DNA from: an uncultured Clostridia bacterium
Lineage (GTDB): Bacteria; Bacillota; Clostridia; Christensenellales; CAG-314
Assembly: GCA_934230325.1 (NCBI GenBank)
Contig: CAKQEP010000002.1
Span: 3,797 to 67,796, forward strand
Direction of reading: 5' to 3'
DNA: 64,000 nt
The position numbers and the translations under genes were made by a program. Each line of letters opens with the position of its first letter. The stretch's first letter is position 1. The notes under the pieces are model-generated. The model was not told the origin of the DNA. It worked only from the letters and a program-made list of their open reading frames with translations, and ran no database searches. Below, piece by piece: positions 18,021 through 27,111 of this stretch.

Positions 18021-19210
18021 ACTTTTTTACCTCCGTATACCGTCAAAATACATTTTCCGTAAAGTTCCTCGCCGTCAAAGGGCGTGCTTTTGCCTTTGGA
18101 TACAAATTCGCTTGCGTCGACTTTAAACGGAGCGCCGACGTCCCATACGCAAAAATCTTGCTTTGACAACGGTATATCAAAACGCTGTCGCGGATTGCGG
18201 CTCATCAACTCAACCAAACGATTGAGCGACAAAAATCCCGAGCGCACAAGTTTTGTGTACAATGCCGCAAAAGACGTTTCCAACCCGACGATACCAAACG
18301 CGCTGTCTTTTAAACCGCGCGATTTTTCCTCTTGAGAGTGCGGTGCGTGGTCGGTTGCAATCATATCTATTGTTCCGTCGGCAACTCCTTCGCGCAATGC
18401 CGTCATATCTTCTCGAGAACGCAACGGCGGATTCATTTTAAACCGACCGTCCTCTTTTATGTCCTCGTCGCAAAACACAAGGTAATGCGGAGCAGTTTCG
18501 CAAGTAACGTCGACGCCTTCCCTTTTTGCCTGCCTTATCAAATCGACGCTTTCCTTTGTCGAAACGTGGCAAACGTGGTATTTTGCGCCCGTTTCCCGCA
18601 CCAAAGCAAGGTCGCGCGCAACGGCTTTGTACTCGCTCGCGCTGCAAATTCCTTTGTGGCCGTGCGATTTTGCGTATTTGCCGTCATGAATAAATCCGCC
18701 GTCAATCAGGGAATCGTCTTCGCAGTGCGCCGCAACGATTTTGTTTAACGATTTTGCTTTTTTTAGCGCGGCGCGCATAGTTTCTTGGTCGTTAACGCCT
18801 TTGCCGTCATCGGAAAACGCGCATACGTATCTGCTTATTGCGTCCATATCCGACAATTCGCGCCCGTTTTGACCTTTGGTAATCGCTCCGTACGGAACGA
18901 CTTTTATCAATGCGTCTTTGCTTATCGCGTCAAGTTGAATTTTTAGATTTTCAAAACTGTCGGGAACGGGGTTGACGTTGGGCATCGAACATATTGCGGT
19001 AAAACCTCCCCGCGCGGCGGCTCGACTCCCCGACGCAATGCTTTCCTTATAAACAAAACCCGGCTCTCTCAAATGAACGTGAACGTCACAAAGGCCGGGT
19101 GTAATAATAAAATTTTTGTATACGACGGGCAATACGCCTCCGTTGCGTTCAAAATGCGCCGCCAAAGTGTGCAAAAAACCGTATTCGGAAGTGCTTTTAT
19201 CAAACTGCAT
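17987..19210 (-). CDS. pyrC: Dihydroorotase
   Basis: ATG 19210 with AAGGAGG 5 nt upstream. DVHVHLREPG motif. The track start 19321 would run through the PyrR leader. Confidence 0.9.
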   Translation of the reverse strand: MQFDKSTSEYGFLHTLAAHFERNGGVLPVVYKNFIITPGLCDVHVHLREPGFVYKESIASGSRAAARGGFTAICSMPNVNPVPDSFENLKIQLDAISKDALIKVVPYGAITKGQNGRELSDMDAISRYVCAFSDDGKGVNDQETMRAALKKAKSLNKIVAAHCEDDSLIDGGFIHDGKYAKSHGHKGICSASEYKAVARDLALVRETGAKYHVCHVSTKESVDLIRQAKREGVDVTCETAPHYLVFCDEDIKEDGRFKMNPPLRSREDMTALREGVADGTIDMIATDHAPHSQEEKSRGLKDSAFGIVGLETSFAALYTKLVRSGFLSLNRLVELMSRNPRQRFDIPLSKQDFCVWDVGAPFKVDASEFVSKGKSTPFDGEELYGKCILTVYGGKKVWQDLQTKNLF

Positions 19211-19345
19211 GGATTGCCTCCTTAAACAAAAAAATCTTGCCGAAACCGACAAGATTGTAGCAAAAGCAATCACAAAATAATTTGCTAAAAAATGCTTATT
19301 CCGTTGCAATCTTGACGGCATCTCTGTACCGACTTAAAAATCGTA
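19211..19345 (-). promoter_or_regulatory. PyrR-binding attenuator in the pyrC operon leader
   Basis: Minus strand carries CGGUA-CAGAGA-UGCCG followed by UCAAGAUUG. CAAGAUUG can pair with CAAUCUUG, the 5' arm of terminator AUCUUGUC..GGCAAGAU (19233-19254) plus U7, giving an antiterminator/terminator alternative. Confidence 0.75.
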
Positions 19346-19350
19346 ACTAT

Positions 19351-19379
19351 ATTTTAGCACGCCCGAGTGTTTCTGTCAA
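19351..19379 (-). promoter_or_regulatory. Promoter TTGACA-17-TAAAAT for the pyr operon
   Basis: Minus-strand TTGACA at 19379-19374 and TAAAAT at 19356-19351. Confidence 0.65.
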
Positions 19380-19520
19380 CGGTTTTGACAAGATAAAAAT
19401 ATTCAATCGCAACAATCGTCGCAAATATGCGGCTTTTTAAAAAAATCAATAAACAATCTAAAAAAACAGCCTTAAAACGATTGATTTTTTTTTGATTATA
19501 GTATATGATATTACGGCTGA

Positions 19521-19596
19521 CGAGGCGTAGCGCAGATGGTAGCGCGCATGGTTCGGGACCATGAGGTCGTGGGTTCAAATCCCGTCGCCTCGACCA
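19521..19596 (+). tRNA. tRNA-Pro (anticodon CGG), CCA encoded
   Basis: Manual cloverleaf fold. Acceptor CGAGGCG/CGCCUCG (C1:G72, as typical for bacterial tRNA-Pro). D arm GCGC-AGAUGGUA-GCGC. Anticodon arm CAUGG-UUCGGGA-CCAUG. T arm GUGGG-UUCAAAU-CCCGU. 76 nt. Confidence 0.9.
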
Positions 19597-19629
19597 CAGC
19601 CGACTTCACTATTGGTCGGTACACAAAAA

Positions 19630-19656
19630 GACTTGCTCAATCGCAAGTCCTTTTTT
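19630..19656 (+). terminator. Terminator downstream of tRNA-Pro
   Basis: GACTTGC-TCAATC-GCAAGTC followed by a T6 run, flanked by an A-run (bidirectional). Identical copies at 19919-19945 and 20310-20336. Confidence 0.75.
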
Positions 19657-19758
19657 GTATACCTTCCCTTTTGCTCGTCGGCTTTCACCTTTATCGGCGT
19701 GATTAAAACGCTTTTGTGACGCTCGCTTTGCTCGCTATTCCGTCGCTTGCGCTCCTTA

Positions 19759-19779
19759 CAAATCCCGTCGCCTCGACCA
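19759..19779 (+). other. 21-nt copy of the tRNA-Pro 3' end (CAAATCCCGTCGCCTCGACCA), att-core-like
   Basis: Identical to 19576-19596. Confidence 0.9.
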
Positions 19780-20149
19780 GCGTCGCGGCAAAGCGATTTT
19801 TGCAAAAGACTGTCTTTCAGACGGTCTTTTTGCTTTTACGCTTGCCGCTCCTTTTCCCAAAAAGTTTTACAACTTTTTGGGGTCCCCTTTTTTATCGCTA
19901 TTGGTCGGTACACAAAAAGACTTGCTCAATCGCAAGTCCTTTTTTGTATACCTTCCCTTTTGCTCGTCGACTTGTATAATAATCTAATGTATTCCTAATT
20001 AAAACCGTTAAAATGCTTGCATTTTGACGGAGAGGAGCAGCCCGCTGTAGGGCGTAGGCGGCATATGAATATATGCCGACAAGCCTTTGGGCGGTGATGC
20101 GACGATGTGACGCTCGCTTTGCTCACTATTCCGTCGCTTGCGCTTCTTA

Positions 20150-20170
20150 CAAATCCCGTCGCCTCGACCA
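20150..20170 (+). other. 21-nt copy of the tRNA-Pro 3' end, att-core-like
   Basis: Identical to 19576-19596. Confidence 0.9.
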
Positions 20171-20385
20171 GCGTCGCAGCAAAGCGATTTTTGCAAAAGA
20201 CTGTCTTTCAGACGGTCTTTTTGCTTTTACGCTTGCCGCTCCTTTTCCCAAAAAGTTTTACAACTTTTTGGGTTCCCCTTTTTTATCGCTATTGGTCGGT
20301 ACACAAAAAGACTTGCTCAATCGCAAGTCCTTTTTTGTATACCTTCCCCTTTGCTCGTCGGCTTGTATAATAATCTAATGTATTT

Positions 20386-20421
20386 CTAATTAAAACCGTC
20401 AAAATGCTTGCATTTTGACGG
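20386..20421 (-). terminator. Terminator for the fused ABC transporter gene (inside repeat copy 2)
   Basis: Palindrome CCGTCAAAATGC/GCATTTTGACGG (20396-20421), followed on the minus strand by TTTTAATTA. Copy 1 has the same hairpin with one wobble pair. Confidence 0.6.
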
Positions 20422-20536
20422 AGAGGAGCAGCCCGCTGTAGGGCGTAGGCGGCATATGAATATATGTCGACAAGCCTTTGGGCGGTGCTGCGACGATGTG
20501 ACGCGTTTGCGGGCGGTCAACACAATGCTAACCGTA

Positions 20537-23374
20537 TTATCTATTTTTGATTGCGTCGATGGGTTTTTTGCGGGCTATTCTCAACACGGGGATAAAACTT
20601 GCGAAAAGCGCGGTTGCTACGCACCCCAAAAGAATAATGCCGATTTGTCTAACGCTATAACTCAACAAGGTTATCGGCAATCCGTACGACGCTCTTAATG
20701 CGGAATTAGTTACGGCAACCGCAACGCCGCTCCCTATCGTCGCAAGCGCAAAAACGATAAGCGCGATAACGAGCGCTTCGTTAAAGAATATGCCGAAAAC
20801 GTCGCCCGAACGCGCGCCGACGGCTCTCAAAATACCTATTTCGCGTTTTTTGTACGTCACCGAAGCCGAGATATAGGTCATAAACAATATGACCGCAAAC
20901 ACAAATACGCCCATACCGACGTACAACAAAATTTTTGCGATGGTTTTGATAAGCGAACCTATCATGCTTTCTGCCGATACGACGTAGTTTACAAGCGAAT
21001 ACTTAACGCCGTTTTCGCTTTTTGTCGAGAACTCGACGATTTTTTCAAGGTCGGGTTTAGAAAGTTTTTCGCCCGATATTGCCATTGCGTATTTGCCGAC
21101 GGGCGCGGCGGCTATTGCGGTTGCGAGTTGCTCCGACACGCCGATAAAACTTTTGTTTACGTCGTCGTTTTCAAAGAAAAATCCTTTTATCAAAACGGTT
21201 TTTTCAAGGTAAGGAGTTATGCTCCCGCCGCACGACATTTTTATTTTTGCGTCTTTGACGAGCGGTTTTATCGTGTTTTTAATTTCGTCCGCGTTTGCGA
21301 CGTCAACGGTCAGATTATCAAGCTTTTCGACAATGGTTTCATCGTTGTAATATACGTTTTTTAACGCATTTATAAGCGTTTTGATACCAAGAACTATTTC
21401 GTCGTCCGCAAGCGTCGTTTTGCCGTCGTCAAAATACACTGCGTCGGAATAATCTTTTGACGTAAAATAGTAATTGTAGTTGCTGCCGAAAAACATTCCG
21501 ATGGATTTGCCGTTTATTTCTTTACATTCCAAACTCGCCCTATCGCTAATTTCCCCGCCTACGCCTTTGTAGGAAAGGTATTCGTCGATAAAATTTTTGC
21601 CCGCAAAAAGCATTCCCGAAAACGCGCTGTTGTGTTCGCTCGCAAACTGCTCTTGCAACATATAGTAGTCGAGCGCGTCGTCGCTGTTTATGGTTTTGTC
21701 AAGAATAGCGTATCTCGAGTAATTATAACCCGTTTTTACTACGCCGACGATTTTGAATACGCCGTTAATCGCGCTTCCTTCGATTTTGACGTTTGGCTCT
21801 TTTGCGATAAAATCTTTGACGGACTTTATGTCGGACGCTTCTATATTTTTGCTTTCGTCGGGGGTACCCGCCAAATCAACGTGGCTATATCCTGCTTTTT
21901 TAAAACAATCGAACGCATAGTCGCTTATCGCGATTTCGTTGTTTGCGGAAGGCAACCGCCCCGCTTCTAACGTAAGGTTGTGTTTGTTTAGCGCGTCGTT
22001 GTCCAACTCGACGATACCGACGACGTTTCCGTTGTAAATATTGCTTTTTGCGTCTTTTAAAAAACTTGCGGAAATGCTTGCGCCGCTACCTAAATATCCG
22101 CCGTTTTTTTCTGCAAGCACGGGCAAAAAGTCAAGCCCCGTTTTGTTTTTTAATTGTTGAATATCGTCGTCGGAAAATCTTTTTTCTATAAAATAATCCT
22201 CGTCGTAACCGCCGAATACTACCATTTTTTTAAAGTTGACGTACTTTATGCCGCTGTCGTACATTGAGTTTACAATTGCGGTTTTGCTGTCGTATGCGGC
22301 AAAACTATCGACGATACCAAACATCGCAAAGCATGCAAAACATAAAAATATCGTTACGACAAGCCTGAACGGCTTTGTTTTCATACCGCTTACGCCGATT
22401 TTGAAACTTTCCTTTACCGGTAGGCGCGATTTGATAAGTTTAAACGGTTTTTTGTCCGATACCGTTATCGCGCTTTCGTCGGTGGGAGAAAACAACTCCA
22501 TCTTGCCGTCTTTGTCGATATGCGACGCGGATTTTACGTCGGAATTAACTTTTTTGTCAAGAGATAAAAACGCCTCGTCCTTTTGTAGATAGGCGTTGAT
22601 ACGCTTTACGTCGTCGGCGGTCAACTTGTACCCCACAGGAAAACGCAAAAGTTTACCGTTGTAGTTTTGCGCGCCGCCGCTTTCGACTTCGGCGTCGATG
22701 CGATGCTTTTCTATGTCGGAAATAACCGCGCCGTCCTTAAACTCTATTACCCTGTCGCCGTATTCTTCGGCAAACTCGCGGTCGTGCGATACCACTATGA
22801 CAAGTTTGTCCTTTGACAGTTTTTTGAGCGTGTCAAAAACCTGTATTCCCGTTTTGCTGTCAAGTGCGCCGGTCGGCTCGTCCGCCATAATTATTTCGGG
22901 GTTTTTTACGAGCGCCCTTGCTATTGCGACGCGCTGTTTTTGTCCGCCCGACAATTCGTTGGGTTTTCTTTTGCCGTAGCCCGATAGCCCTACTTCGTCC
23001 AAAATTGCGTTGATTTTTTGGTCGGTTGCCTTTTCTCCCTGAAGTTTAAGCGCAAGCGCGATATTTGCGCCGACGTTGAAGTCTTCTAAAATGTTGTATT
23101 CCTGAAAAATAAATCCGAGATACGTGTTGCGATAACTGTCAAAATCCCCAGCGGAAAAATCTTTTGACGATTTGCCTTTTATTATTATTTCGCCGCTGTC
23201 CGCATTGTCCAAACCGCCCATAACGTTTAAAAGCGTGGACTTTCCGCTACCCGATTTTCCGAGAACAAACACCAGCCCACTTTCCGGAAACTTTAAACTT
23301 ACGTTGTCGAGAGCCTTTACTACGCCGCCTTTTTTGGGGCGGTAAGTTTTAACGATGTTTTTAATCTCAATCAT
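20537..23374 (-). CDS. Fused ABC transporter: ATP-binding domain plus MacB/FtsX-type permease
   Basis: ATG 23374 with GGAG RBS. Walker A GKSGSGKST, signature LSGGQKQR. Long extracytoplasmic domain and C-terminal FtsX-like TM bundle. Confidence 0.9.
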   Translation of the reverse strand: MIEIKNIVKTYRPKKGGVVKALDNVSLKFPESGLVFVLGKSGSGKSTLLNVMGGLDNADSGEIIIKGKSSKDFSAGDFDSYRNTYLGFIFQEYNILEDFNVGANIALALKLQGEKATDQKINAILDEVGLSGYGKRKPNELSGGQKQRVAIARALVKNPEIIMADEPTGALDSKTGIQVFDTLKKLSKDKLVIVVSHDREFAEEYGDRVIEFKDGAVISDIEKHRIDAEVESGGAQNYNGKLLRFPVGYKLTADDVKRINAYLQKDEAFLSLDKKVNSDVKSASHIDKDGKMELFSPTDESAITVSDKKPFKLIKSRLPVKESFKIGVSGMKTKPFRLVVTIFLCFACFAMFGIVDSFAAYDSKTAIVNSMYDSGIKYVNFKKMVVFGGYDEDYFIEKRFSDDDIQQLKNKTGLDFLPVLAEKNGGYLGSGASISASFLKDAKSNIYNGNVVGIVELDNDALNKHNLTLEAGRLPSANNEIAISDYAFDCFKKAGYSHVDLAGTPDESKNIEASDIKSVKDFIAKEPNVKIEGSAINGVFKIVGVVKTGYNYSRYAILDKTINSDDALDYYMLQEQFASEHNSAFSGMLFAGKNFIDEYLSYKGVGGEISDRASLECKEINGKSIGMFFGSNYNYYFTSKDYSDAVYFDDGKTTLADDEIVLGIKTLINALKNVYYNDETIVEKLDNLTVDVANADEIKNTIKPLVKDAKIKMSCGGSITPYLEKTVLIKGFFFENDDVNKSFIGVSEQLATAIAAAPVGKYAMAISGEKLSKPDLEKIVEFSTKSENGVKYSLVNYVVSAESMIGSLIKTIAKILLYVGMGVFVFAVILFMTYISASVTYKKREIGILRAVGARSGDVFGIFFNEALVIALIVFALATIGSGVAVAVTNSALRASYGLPITLLSYSVRQIGIILLGCVATALFASFIPVLRIARKKPIDAIKNR

Positions 23375-23441
23375 AACCACTCCTGTCTGCTGTCCTAAAT
23401 TACGATAAAACCGTTTGAACAGTCATAAAATTATTGTTTTT

Positions 23442-25340
23442 TTAAGCATATTCAAGCCATTTTTCCATCAATGCGTTCAACTCCGCGTCGGCTTTGTCGG
23501 CAAGGCTTTTTATTTCCGCATATTTTTTGTAATCGACAAGTACGTCGGGAGCAAGCATTTGATTGTTTAAGTCCTCTATCTCCCGTTCCTTTGCGGCAAT
23601 TTCCTTTTCCAAATTGTTTTTTGTCGCTTTGTCCGCTCGCGCCTGCTTTTTGTTGACGTTTTGCTTGACGGATTGCGAACGTTGCCGTTCTCCGTCGTCG
23701 GACGGTTTGTTTGCCGCTTTTTCCTTTTCTTTCGCTTTTAAGTAGTCGTCGTAATTGCCTTCGTAAACAAAAATTCCGCCGTCGCGTATCTCGGCAATTC
23801 TGTTTGGCACTTTTTTTAACAAGTACCTGTCGTGCGTGACCAAAAGCAGCGTTCCTTTAAAATCGGACAGCGCGTTGTCAAGCCCTTCCAAACCTTTAAA
23901 ATCGAGATGATTTGTCGGCTCGTCCAAGACAAGCACGTTGGCGCGTTGCCGCATAAGCAAAGCAAACTGAACTTTGCTGCGGGTTGCGCCGGACAACTCG
24001 CCTATCTTTTTAAACACGCCGTCGTCGGTCAACTGAACTCTCGCCAAAAGGCTACGCACGTCGTATTGCGACGCGAGCGGCATTTTGTCACAAACTTCGT
24101 CGTAAACGGTGCGATTAAGGTTTAAGTTTTGATTTTCCTGCGCAAAATACGCCGTTTTTACTCCGCCGCCCCAGTTTACGCTACCAAAAAAAGGAATTTC
24201 TCGCAAAATCGCGCGCAAAAAACTCGTTTTGCCTGCGCCGTTAAGTCCGACAAAAGCAACTTTGTCACCGCGCGTCACGCTAAAAGAAACGTTGTCAAAA
24301 AGTTGTTTGTCACCGAGTTTAAGGGAAAATTTTTTGACCGTCAAAACGTCTTTGACGGGTTCTTGGTCAAAATCGAAGTTTACGACAAAATCTTTTGGCG
24401 GCGGCGCGACTTTTTTGATGCGCTCCATTTTTTCCAACGCTTTGACTCTACTGCCAACGCTGTTTGTACTTGCCGAAGCCGCAAGATTTTTGCGGACAAA
24501 CTCCTCCATTTTGGATATTTCTTCCTGCTGTTTTTCGTATTGCTTTCGCTGTAAATCCAACTCGGATTGTCGCAAAACGAGAAATTTTTTGTACCCGCCG
24601 TTGTAACTATGCAATTCGCCGTTTCGTACTTCTGTGATTTTATTAGTAATTTTATCCAAAAAGTATCTGTCGTGCGATACCACGACTATCGCGCCTTTAA
24701 AATCGGCAAGATATTTTTCCAGCCAGTCGCGCGTAACAAAGTCGAGGTGGTTTGTCGGCTCGTCCAACAACAATACGTCGGGGTTTAGGCACAACAATTT
24801 TGCCAGCGCAAACCGAGTTTTTTCTCCGCCGCTGAGTTTGTCTACGCCGCAGGAAAGGTCTTTGTCGGCAAATCCCATACCGTACAAAACTTTTTTTATG
24901 TTTGTTTCTACGTTGTAGCCGTCAATGCTTTCGTAATACGCCGTTTGCTTGTTCAACTCTGCCGCAATACTCTTGTATTGCGACGAGTTTTCCTCCAAAC
25001 TCAAAATTTTTTGCTGAAAATCTCGTATACGTATTGCAGTTTCGTCGACATTTTTAAAGCTACTGCGAATTTCCTCGTACAAACTCAAACTGCCGTCAAG
25101 CCGCTCGACCTGCCGCAAATATCCTATTTTGATATCCTTTTTTACGTATCTCGCGCTTTCTCCGTTTTTGGGATCGACGTCAAAATCGCCGCCGTACAAA
25201 ATATCCAACAAAGTCGTTTTGCCCGCGCCGTTTACTCCGACTACGCCGATACGATCCCCTTCCTCTACCGAAAAATCCGCATGCGACAAAACTACGTTGT
25301 CCTTAAAAGATTTAGTTACGTTTTTTAATCCGAGCAACAT
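23442..25340 (-). CDS. ABC-F family ATPase (two ABC domains, no TM, K/E-rich coiled-coil tail)
   Basis: GVNGAGKTT and GLNGAGKTS Walker A motifs. LSGGEKTR and LSGATRSK signatures. Confidence 0.9.
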   Translation of the reverse strand: MLLGLKNVTKSFKDNVVLSHADFSVEEGDRIGVVGVNGAGKTTLLDILYGGDFDVDPKNGESARYVKKDIKIGYLRQVERLDGSLSLYEEIRSSFKNVDETAIRIRDFQQKILSLEENSSQYKSIAAELNKQTAYYESIDGYNVETNIKKVLYGMGFADKDLSCGVDKLSGGEKTRFALAKLLCLNPDVLLLDEPTNHLDFVTRDWLEKYLADFKGAIVVVSHDRYFLDKITNKITEVRNGELHSYNGGYKKFLVLRQSELDLQRKQYEKQQEEISKMEEFVRKNLAASASTNSVGSRVKALEKMERIKKVAPPPKDFVVNFDFDQEPVKDVLTVKKFSLKLGDKQLFDNVSFSVTRGDKVAFVGLNGAGKTSFLRAILREIPFFGSVNWGGGVKTAYFAQENQNLNLNRTVYDEVCDKMPLASQYDVRSLLARVQLTDDGVFKKIGELSGATRSKVQFALLMRQRANVLVLDEPTNHLDFKGLEGLDNALSDFKGTLLLVTHDRYLLKKVPNRIAEIRDGGIFVYEGNYDDYLKAKEKEKAANKPSDDGERQRSQSVKQNVNKKQARADKATKNNLEKEIAAKEREIEDLNNQMLAPDVLVDYKKYAEIKSLADKADAELNALMEKWLEYA

Positions 25341-25347
25341 ATATCAT

Positions 25348-25376
25348 ATATTACTACAAACCGTTTTTAAGGTCAA
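25348..25376 (-). promoter_or_regulatory. Promoter TTGACC-17-TAATAT ending 7 nt before the ABC-F ATG
   Basis: Minus-strand TTGACC at 25376-25371 and TAATAT at 25353-25348. No Shine-Dalgarno sequence before ATG 25340. Confidence 0.55.
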
Positions 25377-25444
25377 TTGTTTTTTCCTTATCCAAAAAAA
25401 CGACGCAAAAAAACCGTATGACAAAGCCATACTGCTTGCGCCGT

Positions 25445-25470
25445 ATAAAAAAACGCCGTTTAAGGCGTTT
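25445..25470 (-). terminator. Terminator downstream of hup (bidirectional shape)
   Basis: AACGCC-GTTTAA-GGCGTT flanked by A6/T6 runs. Confidence 0.65.
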
Positions 25471-25480
25471 TTTCGGTTGA

Positions 25481-25756
25481 TTATTTATTAAATTGTGATT
25501 TGAATGCAGCGCCTGCTTTAAATACGGGAACTTTGGACTCGGGAATAGAAACTTTTTCCTTTGTTCTGGGGTTGATACCTTCTCTTGCGGGTTTTGTTTT
25601 AAGTTCAAATCCGCCAAAGCCTACCAACTGTATTTTTTCTTCTTTAGACAATGCTTCCTCTACGGTAGCAACGAATGCAGCATAAAAAGCATCAGCCTGT
25701 TTGTCGGTCGTTCCCGTTTTTTGCGCTATGGATTTAATAAATTCACCCTTGTTCAT
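25481..25756 (-). CDS. hup: HU family DNA-binding protein
   Basis: MNKGEFIKSIAQKTG...GFGGFELKTKPAREGINPRTKEKV. ATG 25756 with AAGGAG RBS. Confidence 0.95.
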   Translation of the reverse strand: MNKGEFIKSIAQKTGTTDKQADAFYAAFVATVEEALSKEEKIQLVGFGGFELKTKPAREGINPRTKEKVSIPESKVPVFKAGAAFKSQFNK

Positions 25757-25830
25757 AATTGTACTCCTTTTGTAAATAGTATCGTTATAATACCATACAT
25801 TATCGCGCTCTGTCAATAAAATCTCGCAAA

Positions 25831-27111
25831 TTATTTTATTTTAATGCTGTCGGGAGCGTCGGACTCTAATTTAACTTGGTAAAATGCCTTTAAGCCTTTT
25901 GTAAGATTGTCTATATCTTGACTGCCCATACACTCGCAAAAAGAGTGCATCGCAAGTTGCGCCAAACCTATATCCACAGTACGCACGGAAAGTTGTCTGT
26001 TGCTTATCGTGCCGAGAGTACTGCCGCCGCGACTGTCGCTTCTGTTAAAAAAGTCCTGATGCGGCACTCCCGCATTGTCAAGTATTTGTTTAAACACTGC
26101 CGACGATAAACAATCGGTAAGATAACTTTGGTTTGCGTGATGTTTTATCACTATGCCCTTGTTGACAAAACATTTGTTTGTGGCGTCGTATTTTTCCGCG
26201 TGGTTGGGGTGTACTGCGTGCGCGTTGTCCATGCTCGCCATAAAACTGTTTAAAACGGCTTTTTTAAAGGCTATTTTGTCGCGACCTATACTCTCGTACA
26301 GCGTTTTTAAAACGTCTTTTAAAAACGTGCCGCCTGCGCCTTGTTTTGTGCCGCTGCCTACTTCTTCGTTGTCAAAACAAGCGCATACCGCCAAAGAAAC
26401 GGGGTTGCAGTTTATCAAAGAAGTTATCCCGCCAAAAACGCCGGTAAGGTCGTCAAGTCTTGGCGCGGCAAAAAACTCGCCGTTTACACCGTAGCGATAC
26501 GCTTGCGTTGCGGAAACGACGTAAAGGTCAAAATCAACGACTTGCTTGCCGCCCGATACGGCAGAAACTATATCTACCGGCTGGTTTGCATTGCCGAGTC
26601 CGATGACGGGCATCATATCTATTTGCGGATTTAAAGTCAATCCGTCGTTGGCGTTGCGGTTTTGGTGTATCGCAACGCTGGGTATCGTCACATAAAAATC
26701 GCTGACCACCGATACGCACTTTAATACGTCGCCTTCTTTGACGACTACTCTGCCCGCAATTTTTAACGGGCGGTCAAGCATAGAATACAACAACCCGCCG
26801 CCGTACGTTTCGACGTTGAGTTTTGCATATCCGTCGCCGTATACGACGCAGTTGTTTTTGAGTTTTAAGCACGGGCTGTCGGTATGGCAAGCGACGATGT
26901 TGAAAGCGTCGCCGATTTCCTTCCCCGTCTTAAAAGCGATTATACTGCTTCCGTCACGCACGACGTAATATCCGCTGTTTGGAGCGATTTGCCATTTTTC
27001 TCCCTCTCGCAGACCGATAAAACCGTTGTCGTCGAGAATAGCTTTTACGTTGTCGACAGCCTGATACGCCGTATAACTTTCGTTTACAAAATCTCCGAAT
27101 TTTTTAAGCAT
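25831..27111 (-). CDS. M18 family aminopeptidase
   Basis: ACHTDSPCLKLK motif, ~426 aa. ATG 27111 with AGAGG RBS. Confidence 0.8.
   Translation of the reverse strand: MLKKFGDFVNESYTAYQAVDNVKAILDDNGFIGLREGEKWQIAPNSGYYVVRDGSSIIAFKTGKEIGDAFNIVACHTDSPCLKLKNNCVVYGDGYAKLNVETYGGGLLYSMLDRPLKIAGRVVVKEGDVLKCVSVVSDFYVTIPSVAIHQNRNANDGLTLNPQIDMMPVIGLGNANQPVDIVSAVSGGKQVVDFDLYVVSATQAYRYGVNGEFFAAPRLDDLTGVFGGITSLINCNPVSLAVCACFDNEEVGSGTKQGAGGTFLKDVLKTLYESIGRDKIAFKKAVLNSFMASMDNAHAVHPNHAEKYDATNKCFVNKGIVIKHHANQSYLTDCLSSAVFKQILDNAGVPHQDFFNRSDSRGGSTLGTISNRQLSVRTVDIGLAQLAMHSFCECMGSQDIDNLTKGLKAFYQVKLESDAPDSIKIK

Larger units (their letters stand above)
19716..20504. repeat. Tandem direct repeat, 391-bp unit, 2 full copies plus 7 nt of a third
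   Basis: 19716-20106 versus 20107-20497. My manual alignment gives about ten substitutions and no indels. Paired track ORFs offset by exactly 391 nt confirm the period. Confidence 0.95.

Noticed and set aside
19575-20389. Duplicated 60-90-aa ORFs inside the tandem repeat (19716..19979 / 20107..20370, 19747..19998 / 20138..20389, 19575..19805, 20008..20196)
   Set aside because: They have no RBS, start on GTG/TTG, run straight through two or three terminator hairpins, and one overlaps the tRNA. Their duplication simply reflects the DNA repeat.
19716-20504. Possible CRISPR array
   Set aside because: The period is 391 bp with whole-unit identity. There are no short repeat/spacer alternations and no cas genes.
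19597-20536. Calling an integrated mobile element at tRNA-Pro
   Set aside because: Att-like 21-mers are present, but there is no integrase, excisionase or cargo gene between or beside them. Only the repeat and att-like cores are reported.
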